From an uncultured Bacillales bacterium (lineage in GTDB: Bacteria; Bacillota_I; Bacilli_A; RFN20; CAG-826), in assembly GCA_946625055.1 (NCBI GenBank), contig CAMOSS010000001.1, forward strand, positions 1 through 40,785: 40,785 bases of DNA. The letters run 5' to 3'. Below are positions 1-7,702 of the stretch, piece by piece; position 1 is the first letter of the stretch, and every line of letters starts with the position of its first letter. The notes under the pieces were generated by a model, which did no database searches, was not told the origin of the DNA, and was given only the letters and a program-made list of their open reading frames with translations. The position numbers and the translations under genes are program-made.

Positions 1-51
1 AGCTTTTTCGATTTGTTCATCTGTTAAACCTTTTAATAATTCTTTTTTCAT
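1..51 (-). CDS. N-terminal fragment of an unidentified protein (gene runs off the window start)
   Basis: ATG at 51-49 on the minus strand, with AAGGAG 8 nt upstream (plus-strand 60-65). Only 17 codons are visible (MKKELLKGLTDEQIEKA), too few for a family call. Confidence 0.4.
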   Translation of the reverse strand, partial: MKKELLKGLTDEQIEKA

Positions 52-112
52 GTCTTGAACTCCTTTTCGTTTTTTATTTAAAAGTGCATATATCTTTTTC
101 TTTATTATAACT

Positions 113-832
113 TTATAAAACTGTTTTTAACCACTCATTAACTTCAGATATCATCTCTTCTTTGCTGACATTATATTTGCTTTGAAGAGTGGGTACCACA
201 ATGGGTGGGTTTAACTGTTTATCAACAAGAATTTGCTTAGGAAGAACTCGTTCTTTGACATTAATACTCTTTCTAAATTCATTTTCTTGTGAATTAATTA
301 GTGACACATATCTTTTAATTTCTTTTTTATCTAAGAGAGATTGATCAATCTTAGTAAAGGAATAGATGTCCACTAAATGTTTATATGGACGAGATAGTTC
401 ATTTAATAAGGAAACAAGTTTTTCCGCAATCATATATTCGATACAAACCCCTTTAAAGGTGATTCCTTCGTATGAATACAATTCTGTTTTAATCTCAGAA
501 AGGAAGTTAATCTTCTTTCCTTCAACTTGTCCTCTTAAACCATCAACCTTTGTAAAGCAAACGAAGTATGGTTCATAGAAACTATCTGTTCCATTAGAGT
601 AGAAGAAGTTAATTGTGCCGAACTCTTTTTTTAATTCTTCTTCCACAACTTTTTCTTCTGCGTTATACAAGATATCAACGTCTTTTGTATATCTAGCGTG
701 TTCTTTTAAGTAATATTGGCAAAGTAAGCCACCAACTACACAGAAGTCTAAATTAACATTAACTAATTTCTTTAAGACTTCTTTAATTGAGGGATCAATT
801 TTACCAACATTAATTTCTTTTATCGTAGTCAC
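113..832 (-). CDS. AbiEii/AbiGii-like (DUF1814-type) nucleotidyltransferase, with no cognate AbiEi gene upstream
   Basis: GTG start with AGAGGAG 5 nt upstream. Pol-beta NTase signature VVGG-x15-DVDIL lies near the N-terminus. The ~240 aa size is typical of the family. Assignment is from motif memory only. Confidence 0.5.
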   Translation of the reverse strand: MTTIKEINVGKIDPSIKEVLKKLVNVNLDFCVVGGLLCQYYLKEHARYTKDVDILYNAEEKVVEEELKKEFGTINFFYSNGTDSFYEPYFVCFTKVDGLRGQVEGKKINFLSEIKTELYSYEGITFKGVCIEYMIAEKLVSLLNELSRPYKHLVDIYSFTKIDQSLLDKKEIKRYVSLINSQENEFRKSINVKERVLPKQILVDKQLNPPIVVPTLQSKYNVSKEEMISEVNEWLKTVL

Positions 833-1128
833 ACTGGCTCCTCTTGTCTATATATTATTATGATGCATGCCACAAATGAAAAAGTTTTTGTATTTTTATA
901 AATAAAAAACACAATATAATGTGCCTTTTATTGAACTATTTATATAAATCCATCGTCGTCGGGGAGAATCGATTTCGTTTTTTTGGAGAATTGGCGTCGT
1001 CATGGGACAAAACTTGTTGTAGCAGGACAGTCGCAATTTACCTCATTTGACTAAAATGACTTTCCTCTTAATGCATTAGTCGAAACATGTGAAGAAGCCA
1101 GGAAACTGATACATTCTCAATGAAAATT

Positions 1129-1155
1129 AAGTCGTCCATAGTGACGACTTTTTTT
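1129..1155 (+). terminator. Rho-independent terminator with no recognisable gene upstream of it
   Basis: Perfect 8-bp stem AAGTCGTC/GACGACTT with a 6-nt loop, followed by T7. Confidence 0.7.
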
Positions 1156-1194
1156 AATTCATAAATCAGTGTAAAATAACGTAGAGGTATTTTT

Positions 1195-2109
1195 ATGAAA
1201 ATTAAAAAAGCATTTATTGTTTTACTAACAATTTTTTCGCTTGCTGCGTGCAGCAATAATAATAGTGGTGGTAGTGATAACACTGAACCTTCAGAAGAAG
1301 GAAATATGTATCACGGAAACGGTGCTCCTTTAGACAGTTTAGGAAAAGATTATTCCCATTATTATGACGAAGATAGCCGTTATGTTTATGAGAAAAAAGA
1401 AGGAAAGTGGATTAATCAATTAACAATTGGCTCTAGCGCTTTATATGAAAGTAAGAGAATATTAAGAGCACCTAGATTATCGAGTTCAGATACATCTATT
1501 CAAGAGCTTAAAGACGCTTTAATGATGTCTTTTTATAGCACTAACGCAACATGCTTTATGAATGGATATCAGGATGGATCTTCTCCTACTAGCGGGAGCT
1601 GTGCTAACACCAAACTTGATGGTAGAAACATTGAAGCCATAGATAGAGATGGTGGTCACGTGGGATATATAAAATTAGATGAAGAAGGTACCCCATATGT
1701 CTATGAAAATGGAGAATATGTTAAAAATGAATTTTTAGCAGTTGAATTACCTCATCCAACATATGACAACTTGTCGTACGAATTAATGCTAATTTACGAT
1801 GATGAATTAGGAGAACAGACTTCTATAGTATGCGGTAATTTAGATAAAGCGACATATGATTCTGAAACTGGATATTACAATATTGAAAACATTAATATTC
1901 ATCATGATGCTAGAACCACACTTTATTTTACTAAGCCAACTGAAGACAATATGACTCTAAACTTTAAATTCAAATTATCTAGTGATAAAACATATGTTGA
2001 ATCTGCAGAAATAAAAGTGGTTAAATCCGACACAGGCTATTTTGATAATTTAATAACGAGTTATAGTTTCTCCAATTTGCACACCACTTCAGTTGAAATG
2101 CCTGAATAA
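1195..2109 (+). CDS. Lipoprotein, function unknown
   Basis: AGAGG Shine-Dalgarno. Signal peptide ends in lipobox LAAC (Cys19), followed by an Asn/Ser/Gly linker. Confidence 0.8.
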   Translation: MKIKKAFIVLLTIFSLAACSNNNSGGSDNTEPSEEGNMYHGNGAPLDSLGKDYSHYYDEDSRYVYEKKEGKWINQLTIGSSALYESKRILRAPRLSSSDTSIQELKDALMMSFYSTNATCFMNGYQDGSSPTSGSCANTKLDGRNIEAIDRDGGHVGYIKLDEEGTPYVYENGEYVKNEFLAVELPHPTYDNLSYELMLIYDDELGEQTSIVCGNLDKATYDSETGYYNIENINIHHDARTTLYFTKPTEDNMTLNFKFKLSSDKTYVESAEIKVVKSDTGYFDNLITSYSFSNLHTTSVEMPE

Positions 2110-2131
2110 AACTATAAAATCAATGTAAATT

Positions 2132-2156
2132 AAGTCGTCAGAAATGGCGGCTTTTT
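2132..2156 (+). terminator. Rho-independent terminator
   Basis: Stem AAGTCGTC/GGCGGCTT (two G-U pairs) followed by a T-run. Confidence 0.65.
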
Positions 2157-2209
2157 ATTTGACACACTTGTGACAATTATAGTGATAGTATAAATATTAG
2201 GAGGAAGTT

Positions 2210-3541
2210 ATGAATAAAAAAAGTTTATCATTATTAGCCGTTTCTATTTTCTTATTAGGAGCGTGCACAAATAGAGGAATCACAGAATCAGATCATTCTG
2301 AACCAGCACCAGAACATGTTCATGCATTAGTGTTCAAATCATTTATCTGGCAAGAAAACCCAGGTAACTATACAGCCCAAGCAAGATATATTTGTCAAGC
2401 AGATGGCTATCAAGAACTTTATGACTCAACTATAGAAAAAACAGTCGTGGAGCCAGCCAAAGAAACAGATGGTAAAATCACTTGGAAAGCAACATATGAT
2501 GGTCATGAAGACACAAAAATTGAAGTCCTTGAATCCGTTGACCACGATTGGGAAGAACCAACATGGACATGGAACCATAATTGCACAAAAGCTACCGCAC
2601 ACTTTGTTTGTAAAGAAGATACTTCCCACATTCATGAAGAAGTGGCAACCATTGAAAACGGTGACATTACATACAAGCATCTAGTCGAAGCAGATCACTA
2701 CGACGATGGCGTCGATCGTTATTATGCTTCAGTCGTCCTTAATTCTATTAAATATACATCACCAGCTCATGATATCGTGAAGAAAAAAGGCACACATGTC
2801 TATAACGAATTCGGAGCCTGTGATGTCGATGGTGATTTTGCCTATAAAGATAACCGCATCGATTATGATTGGGATTGGTTCCATAATTATCGTGAATTTA
2901 AATGCGATGTCAACATCGGTGATCAATTAGTGAATCCAGGAGATTTCGTTTGTTATTCTTACAGCATGTTTGCAAAAGGACATGAAATTGAAATCACTGA
3001 TTTAAATGGTTTAACCATGGATGAATTTAGATTTGGAGTTTTAAGAGATACTGAAGAGTTTGAAGAAATCACCGATCTCTCTGACTTGGTATATTTAGAT
3101 ACAGGTATAACTTACTCTCTTTATATTAGAATTGATGCTCAAACAGCAAAAACAAATCCAAGTTTCACTGTTCGTGAAAATCACCATCTTGGTTATGTTC
3201 ATTACTGTTCATACTGTGACCTTTACTATGGTTCAACATTCAGTCATTACAGTCCAATTAGCTTTAGCTTCACAGAAGGTGAAAGAATGTACTTCAGATT
3301 CCAAGCATGGCCAGGAGCTAAATATTATGTCTTCTTCCAAAATGACTTAGCTGGTCACGAAGATGAATTTGAAATTTATTATCTTGGTGAGAATTTTATC
3401 GCCTATGAGTATGACTTAAATGATCCATTCCCAGAAGAAAGTCCATTTACAGATGATCAATATGGTCACTCAGTATATGTTTATATGGTCTTTAATCCAA
3501 CGACATCTGGTCATGGCTATCTAGCGGTTGACCAATTATAA
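2210..3541 (+). CDS. Lipoprotein with Trp/Cys/His-containing repeat modules, function unknown
   Basis: AGGAGG Shine-Dalgarno and lipobox LGAC (Cys19). Two similar N-terminal modules are visible (W-x-W/E ... A-x-A-x-[YF]-x-C). Confidence 0.8.
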   Translation: MNKKSLSLLAVSIFLLGACTNRGITESDHSEPAPEHVHALVFKSFIWQENPGNYTAQARYICQADGYQELYDSTIEKTVVEPAKETDGKITWKATYDGHEDTKIEVLESVDHDWEEPTWTWNHNCTKATAHFVCKEDTSHIHEEVATIENGDITYKHLVEADHYDDGVDRYYASVVLNSIKYTSPAHDIVKKKGTHVYNEFGACDVDGDFAYKDNRIDYDWDWFHNYREFKCDVNIGDQLVNPGDFVCYSYSMFAKGHEIEITDLNGLTMDEFRFGVLRDTEEFEEITDLSDLVYLDTGITYSLYIRIDAQTAKTNPSFTVRENHHLGYVHYCSYCDLYYGSTFSHYSPISFSFTEGERMYFRFQAWPGAKYYVFFQNDLAGHEDEFEIYYLGENFIAYEYDLNDPFPEESPFTDDQYGHSVYVYMVFNPTTSGHGYLAVDQL

Positions 3542-3554
3542 ACCCATCAAAACA

Positions 3555-3581
3555 AAGTCGCTCGTCATGAGCGGCTTTTTT
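3555..3581 (+). terminator. Rho-independent terminator
   Basis: Stem AAGTCGCTC/GAGCGGCTT followed by T6. It directly abuts the next promoter. Confidence 0.7.
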
Positions 3582-3590
3582 GATACAATA
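3582..3590 (+). promoter_or_regulatory. Extended -10 promoter (TGaTACAAT) placed 6 nt before the ATG, implying a leaderless mRNA
   Basis: TGATACAAT at 3582-3590 and ATG at 3596. There is no room for a Shine-Dalgarno. Confidence 0.55.
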
Positions 3591-3595
3591 TTTAT

Positions 3596-4273
3596 ATGAC
3601 CGATATTCAAAAATATTTATTATCACAAGCTGATCAAAAATATCGTGATTTTACTTTGCCTTTAATTCCTAATGTTGATGAAAAGACATTTATTGGTGTT
3701 CGTTTACCTATCTTAAAGAAATACGCTAAAGAATTAGATAATAAAGATAGAGAAGAGTTTTCAAATTCTTTACCTCATCAATATCACGAAGAGAATATCT
3801 TGCACGCTTTTATTTTATCTAACATAAAAGATTATTCTGAATTCGTTAAACGTGTTGATGCCTTTCTCCCTTTTGTCACTAACTGGTCAGTCTGTGACAC
3901 GATATGTAATAAACACTTATACAAACATTTAGATTCATTAATTAAAGAAGTATATGTATGGCTTAAGAGTAAAGAAATCTATCGTGTCAGATATGCGGTT
4001 AAATGCTTAATGAATTACTACTTAGGAGATGAATTTAAAGAAGAACATCTACTAAAAGTAGAAGAAGTTAAACTTGATGACTATTATGTAAAAATGATGG
4101 TTGCCTGGTATCTTGCAACTGGTCTAGCCAAGAATTACGACTCGTTTATTAAAGCAATAGAAGAAAAGAGATTTGATAAGATTACACACAACAAAGCCAT
4201 TCAAAAAGCAGTGGAATCTTATCGTGTAAGTGAAGAACACAAAATCTATTTAAAAAGTCTTAAATTGAAATAA
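3596..4273 (+). CDS. DNA alkylation repair protein (AlkD-like HEAT-repeat family, PF08713-type)
   Basis: Size (~225 aa) and segments YRDF, IGVR-P-L-K-AKEL, WSVCD, YYV-MM-AWY-AT-LAK and HNK-IQKA-ES match my memory of this family. Confidence 0.75.
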   Translation: MTDIQKYLLSQADQKYRDFTLPLIPNVDEKTFIGVRLPILKKYAKELDNKDREEFSNSLPHQYHEENILHAFILSNIKDYSEFVKRVDAFLPFVTNWSVCDTICNKHLYKHLDSLIKEVYVWLKSKEIYRVRYAVKCLMNYYLGDEFKEEHLLKVEEVKLDDYYVKMMVAWYLATGLAKNYDSFIKAIEEKRFDKITHNKAIQKAVESYRVSEEHKIYLKSLKLK

Positions 4274-4329
4274 AAAATCATGAAAATATCACGCTTTAAT
4301 TAACAATTAATCACACTATTTTTAATATG

Positions 4330-4338
4330 TGGTATCAT
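4330..4338 (+). promoter_or_regulatory. Extended -10 promoter (TGgTATCAT) 10 nt before the ATG; very short or no leader
   Basis: TGGTATCAT at 4330-4338 and ATG at 4349, with no Shine-Dalgarno between them. Confidence 0.45.
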
Positions 4339-4348
4339 ATCTTTAGAT

Positions 4349-5146
4349 ATGAATTTTTATGAATGGTTTTTTCTGGAAAAAGATAGACCAGCAGCTGGAC
4401 TTTTTTCTTGGTCACATCTTTTAACTGTGACAATTATTCTTGGTGGATTACTTGTCCTAGCTTTCTTTTTAGCAAAGAAGTTTAAAGATAATCCTAAAGG
4501 GCAAAGAATTGTTTTAATAACGAGTGCGGCATCCATAGTTGCACTTTATTTAATGAAGATAATCTTTCTTTTGTTGACCACAGACGATGTTAGAAACACT
4601 CTTCTTGAAAACATTCCGTTGTTCTTCTGTGATGCGATGATTTTTGTTGCTCCAATCGCGGCTTTTTCTAAAGGAAGAGTTCAAGAAATCTGTCTCGATT
4701 TTATCGCTATATGTGGTTTTATCATGGGCTTTATGGGCAATTACTTTGCCGGTAATATTTATGGAAGTCATCCAGCATTTTGTTATTTATCTTTGATCAG
4801 TGCTTTTGACCATTCTATTTCTGCTGCTTTAGCCTTATTTATCTTTGTTTCTCATTTAAACAAAATGGAGAAAAGAAATATTCCTTTTACCATCGGCATT
4901 ATATTTGTTTTAACATCGATTACCTTGGTTGTGGATTACACAACTGGTAAGAACTACATGTTCTTATTAAGAGGAGATGGAACCCCATTTGATATATTCT
5001 TTAATCTAGTAAATGGTAATGTGATTTTATATCAAATCATTGTTTATATTTTGCACTGCGGATATATTGGTTTGTTCTATGTCATTTATTATTTGATAAT
5101 AAAATTAATTAATAACAAAAAGAAAAAAGAAGGGACACATGAATAA
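4349..5146 (+). CDS. Polytopic membrane protein, YwaF/TP0381 (TMEM164-like) family, paralog A
   Basis: Multi-TM protein with N-terminal MNFY...F-W-HLL. It shares architecture and motifs with the ORF at 10929-11711. Confidence 0.55.
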   Translation: MNFYEWFFLEKDRPAAGLFSWSHLLTVTIILGGLLVLAFFLAKKFKDNPKGQRIVLITSAASIVALYLMKIIFLLLTTDDVRNTLLENIPLFFCDAMIFVAPIAAFSKGRVQEICLDFIAICGFIMGFMGNYFAGNIYGSHPAFCYLSLISAFDHSISAALALFIFVSHLNKMEKRNIPFTIGIIFVLTSITLVVDYTTGKNYMFLLRGDGTPFDIFFNLVNGNVILYQIIVYILHCGYIGLFYVIYYLIIKLINNKKKKEGTHE

Positions 5147-6251
5147 CGTTAACGTTGTTAAACATAAGTATTATCCAGTCTTAGATTTAGCGAGATTTAT
5201 CGCTGCTCTTTTTGTTATTGGTATTCATATTTTTCCTGAAGGTTCAACCGTTGATGGAATAGGTCTAGATAATTCAATTCCAACATTAATTGGTCTATCT
5301 TTCATGAATGCCTTTTTAAGAGTGGCAGTTCCTATATTTTTTGTTACTAGTAGCTTTCTTCTTTTTAAAAGAATTAGTGAAGATCAACAAAACAAGTGGA
5401 AGTATATTGGAACTTTCTGCTTAAGACTCTTATTCCTCACCATTTTCTGGTATGTGGTAGGGCTACCGCTAACAATTAAAGATATCGTTGGTTTTGTTTC
5501 TTCAAATGATATGAACGGTCTTATTAGATATATTGTTATCACTTTGTGGAAAGGGGCCCCAAGAGGATACTGGTTCTTACTTTCTTTGGGAGTTGGAGTT
5601 GTTATCGCTGCTCTTTGTAAAACAAAGAAATCGATGATTACTTTAACAATAATTGCCGGGCTCATGTATATTGTTGGATGCCTTAATTCTGCTTATTTTG
5701 GAATATTTACATTAAGTGATGATCCTGTTTCAAAATTTATTTTCCAGACTGGAAATTATTTAGAACTTAGTTTCTGTTATTTAGAAGCTTTTATATTCGT
5801 TGTTTTTGGAAAGATCTTTGCAGAACATGGAACACTTAAAATCAAAGGTTATGAATTTATTCTTCCAATCTTCTTCCTTTTAATGACGGGAGAATTATTC
5901 TTAACCATGTACATGGGTATATTGATTTATCCAGATGCTTATTTCTTCTTACCAGTGTTTGTCTTCTTCTTGATGAATTTCTTAATCAATATGGATATTG
6001 AAAATGAGAAATTTACCTCTATCGCTAAAAAGTTAAAGAAAGTTGGAAGTTTCTCCTATTTATTTCATATTCAATTCTTTGTTTACATGCACTGGATATT
6101 AGACTCTATTGGTCACAATATATTCCGCGAACAATTTGGTTGGCTTGTCGTTCCGTATCTAGTCTGTGTTCTTTTATGCTTCGCTCTTCAAACTTTGTTT
6201 GAATACTTATCAAAATATAAGTTCTTAAAATTCCTTAAATATTCTTATTAA
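5139..6251 (+). CDS. Acyltransferase family 3 membrane protein (OatA/WecH-like)
   Basis: N-terminal motif LDLARFIAALFVIGIHI plus about 10 TM segments. Its start overlaps the upstream stop by 8 nt. Confidence 0.7.
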   Translation: MNNVNVVKHKYYPVLDLARFIAALFVIGIHIFPEGSTVDGIGLDNSIPTLIGLSFMNAFLRVAVPIFFVTSSFLLFKRISEDQQNKWKYIGTFCLRLLFLTIFWYVVGLPLTIKDIVGFVSSNDMNGLIRYIVITLWKGAPRGYWFLLSLGVGVVIAALCKTKKSMITLTIIAGLMYIVGCLNSAYFGIFTLSDDPVSKFIFQTGNYLELSFCYLEAFIFVVFGKIFAEHGTLKIKGYEFILPIFFLLMTGELFLTMYMGILIYPDAYFFLPVFVFFLMNFLINMDIENEKFTSIAKKLKKVGSFSYLFHIQFFVYMHWILDSIGHNIFREQFGWLVVPYLVCVLLCFALQTLFEYLSKYKFLKFLKYSY

Positions 6252-6259
6252 AGATAATT

Positions 6260-6288
6260 AAAAAGCCGTCCTTATCGGGCGGCATTTT
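6260..6288. terminator. Bidirectional terminator between convergent genes
   Basis: Stem GCCGTCC/GGGCGGC flanked by A5 on the left and TTTTG on the right. Confidence 0.6.
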
Positions 6289-6289
6289 G

Positions 6290-7516
6290 TTACATCGTTC
6301 TTGGTATTTTATTGTTATTTAAATAACAAATGTTTTTACCGTTCGCTTTTGCTTTATATAGATTTGCATCAGCTTCATTTAAAGCGGCATCGAAGTCGAA
6401 TTCACTATCGGTTGTTAATAGATATCCACCAACAGAAATGGTGAGATAGTCAAAACTAGAAACTGGAGGAACTTTAATATCTAATTCAGTAGTGGATAGT
6501 CTTAATTGCTCTAAGATTAACTTCGCATCTTGTCCATCTTCTAATTCAAAGAACAATAAGAATTCTTCTCCACCATATCTATAGAATTCTAATCCTGGTG
6601 AAGGGAACACTCTTCTGACCGCTCTTGCGATATCGGTGAGACATCCATCGCCAACTTGGTGAGAGAAATAGTCGTTATATTCTTTAAAGTTATCAATATC
6701 AAACATGATGATTAATAATCTTGTTTTTTCTGCTCTCCAGGTTGGAACTTTATCTTCTAAAAACTTCTTTAAAGCATAACGATTCTTACAGTGGGTAAGC
6801 TCATCATACATCGCAGTATTTAGTAGTGAATTACTAATTGATTCTTGAATATACTTTTGTACTTCAGCGTAGAAAAGAATGGAAACAACAAGTCTAGACA
6901 TTAAAACAAAGCTAACAACAATAAGGATGTAGTAAATGAAACTTTCAATTTTAAATTGAATCTTTGTGTAGATCGCTAAAAAGATCATCACTGCGATATT
7001 AGAGATATTTAATATATAAGCATCTAAAGAAAAGACTGGTTGAACGATTAATAAGAAAGCGATGACAATAATACCAACTGAAATGGTTGGTGATTTTGAT
7101 AAGAATCCCTTTTCCGCATCTGCGTAGAAAGAACAGAACATTAAAATTGCAATCGCGACATATAAGAAATCAATTGATAGACGGCTTAAAAGCAAGGCGG
7201 TTTTTTCATTCTTATTTCTAAAGGCAATCATTCTAAGAACAATTGTGGTGATGGACATGACAAAACATCCAACATCAGCAATGAAAGAACTTAAACCATA
7301 AACCTCAATTTGTTTCCAACCGCTTTCAAGTTGCAGTATTAGGAAAACCGCAACACTAAGGATAGAAAGACCAATGGCGATAACAAGTGAAGCCGCACCT
7401 AACTTGTTATTTAGTAAGTTTTTGACGCGTCTTGTGTCATCTTTTGTCAAGTGATTGATCTTAATTGTCAGTCTAGGTGAAAAGAATTGTAGATTTTTAA
7501 GTGTATCTAATTTCAT
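6290..7516 (-). CDS. Membrane-anchored diguanylate cyclase (GGDEF domain)
   Basis: C-terminal domain carries FDIDNFKEYND and the active-site motif RYGGEEF. The N-terminal half is multi-TM. Confidence 0.85.
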   Translation of the reverse strand: MKLDTLKNLQFFSPRLTIKINHLTKDDTRRVKNLLNNKLGAASLVIAIGLSILSVAVFLILQLESGWKQIEVYGLSSFIADVGCFVMSITTIVLRMIAFRNKNEKTALLLSRLSIDFLYVAIAILMFCSFYADAEKGFLSKSPTISVGIIVIAFLLIVQPVFSLDAYILNISNIAVMIFLAIYTKIQFKIESFIYYILIVVSFVLMSRLVVSILFYAEVQKYIQESISNSLLNTAMYDELTHCKNRYALKKFLEDKVPTWRAEKTRLLIIMFDIDNFKEYNDYFSHQVGDGCLTDIARAVRRVFPSPGLEFYRYGGEEFLLFFELEDGQDAKLILEQLRLSTTELDIKVPPVSSFDYLTISVGGYLLTTDSEFDFDAALNEADANLYKAKANGKNICYLNNNKIPRTM

Positions 7517-7663
7517 ATTAATGCTTATAAGATTATATTACTAAAAAGTAATAAATGGGCAATAATGTTTTTTGAAAAATATTTATATTTTTAACTTGCA
7601 TGGACTATGTAAAGCAATAGCTAAATAGACTTTTTCTTATGTGAGACATTTGTGACATTTATT

Positions 7664-7672
7664 TGGTATAAT
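7664..7672 (+). promoter_or_regulatory. Extended -10 promoter (TGgTATAAT) for the lipase-like lipoprotein gene
   Basis: TGGTATAAT lies 31 nt upstream of ATG 7703, which has an AGGAGA Shine-Dalgarno. Confidence 0.5.
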
Positions 7673-7702
7673 ATACCCAATAAGTTATTAGGAGAATTGA
7701 TC

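Noticed and set aside
1000-1120. SRP (4.5S/scRNA), 6S RNA or a known riboswitch (yybP-ykoY-like GGGGAG box) in the 900-1155 non-coding region.
   Set aside because: The GNRA hairpin CAG-GAAA-CTG has the AGC-rich segment on the wrong side for SRP helix 8. GGGGAGAAT does not continue into the yybP-ykoY consensus. No other family core motifs were seen.
1068-1283. 71-aa minus-strand ORF spanning the start of the lipoprotein gene.
   Set aside because: It overlaps the lipoprotein signal-peptide region antisense and crosses the 1129-1155 terminator. It has no ribosome-binding site.
1195-2235. Poly-A tracts at the 5' ends of lipoprotein genes (A6 at about 1206, A7 at about 2217) as phase-variation switches.
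   Set aside because: The tracts are short and simply encode the Lys residues of signal peptides. They are far below the lengths usually associated with slipped-strand switching.
7652-7702. 5' extensions of tracked ORFs using GTG/TTG starts. These are at 7652, 18170, 23414, 28545, 31931 and 39175.
   Set aside because: In each case a downstream ATG has a proper Shine-Dalgarno and gives a canonical N-terminus (signal peptide, L9 start, OppB, OppF, ThiT). The 23414 extension would run through the 3' end of ssrA, and the 39175 one through the riboswitch platform.
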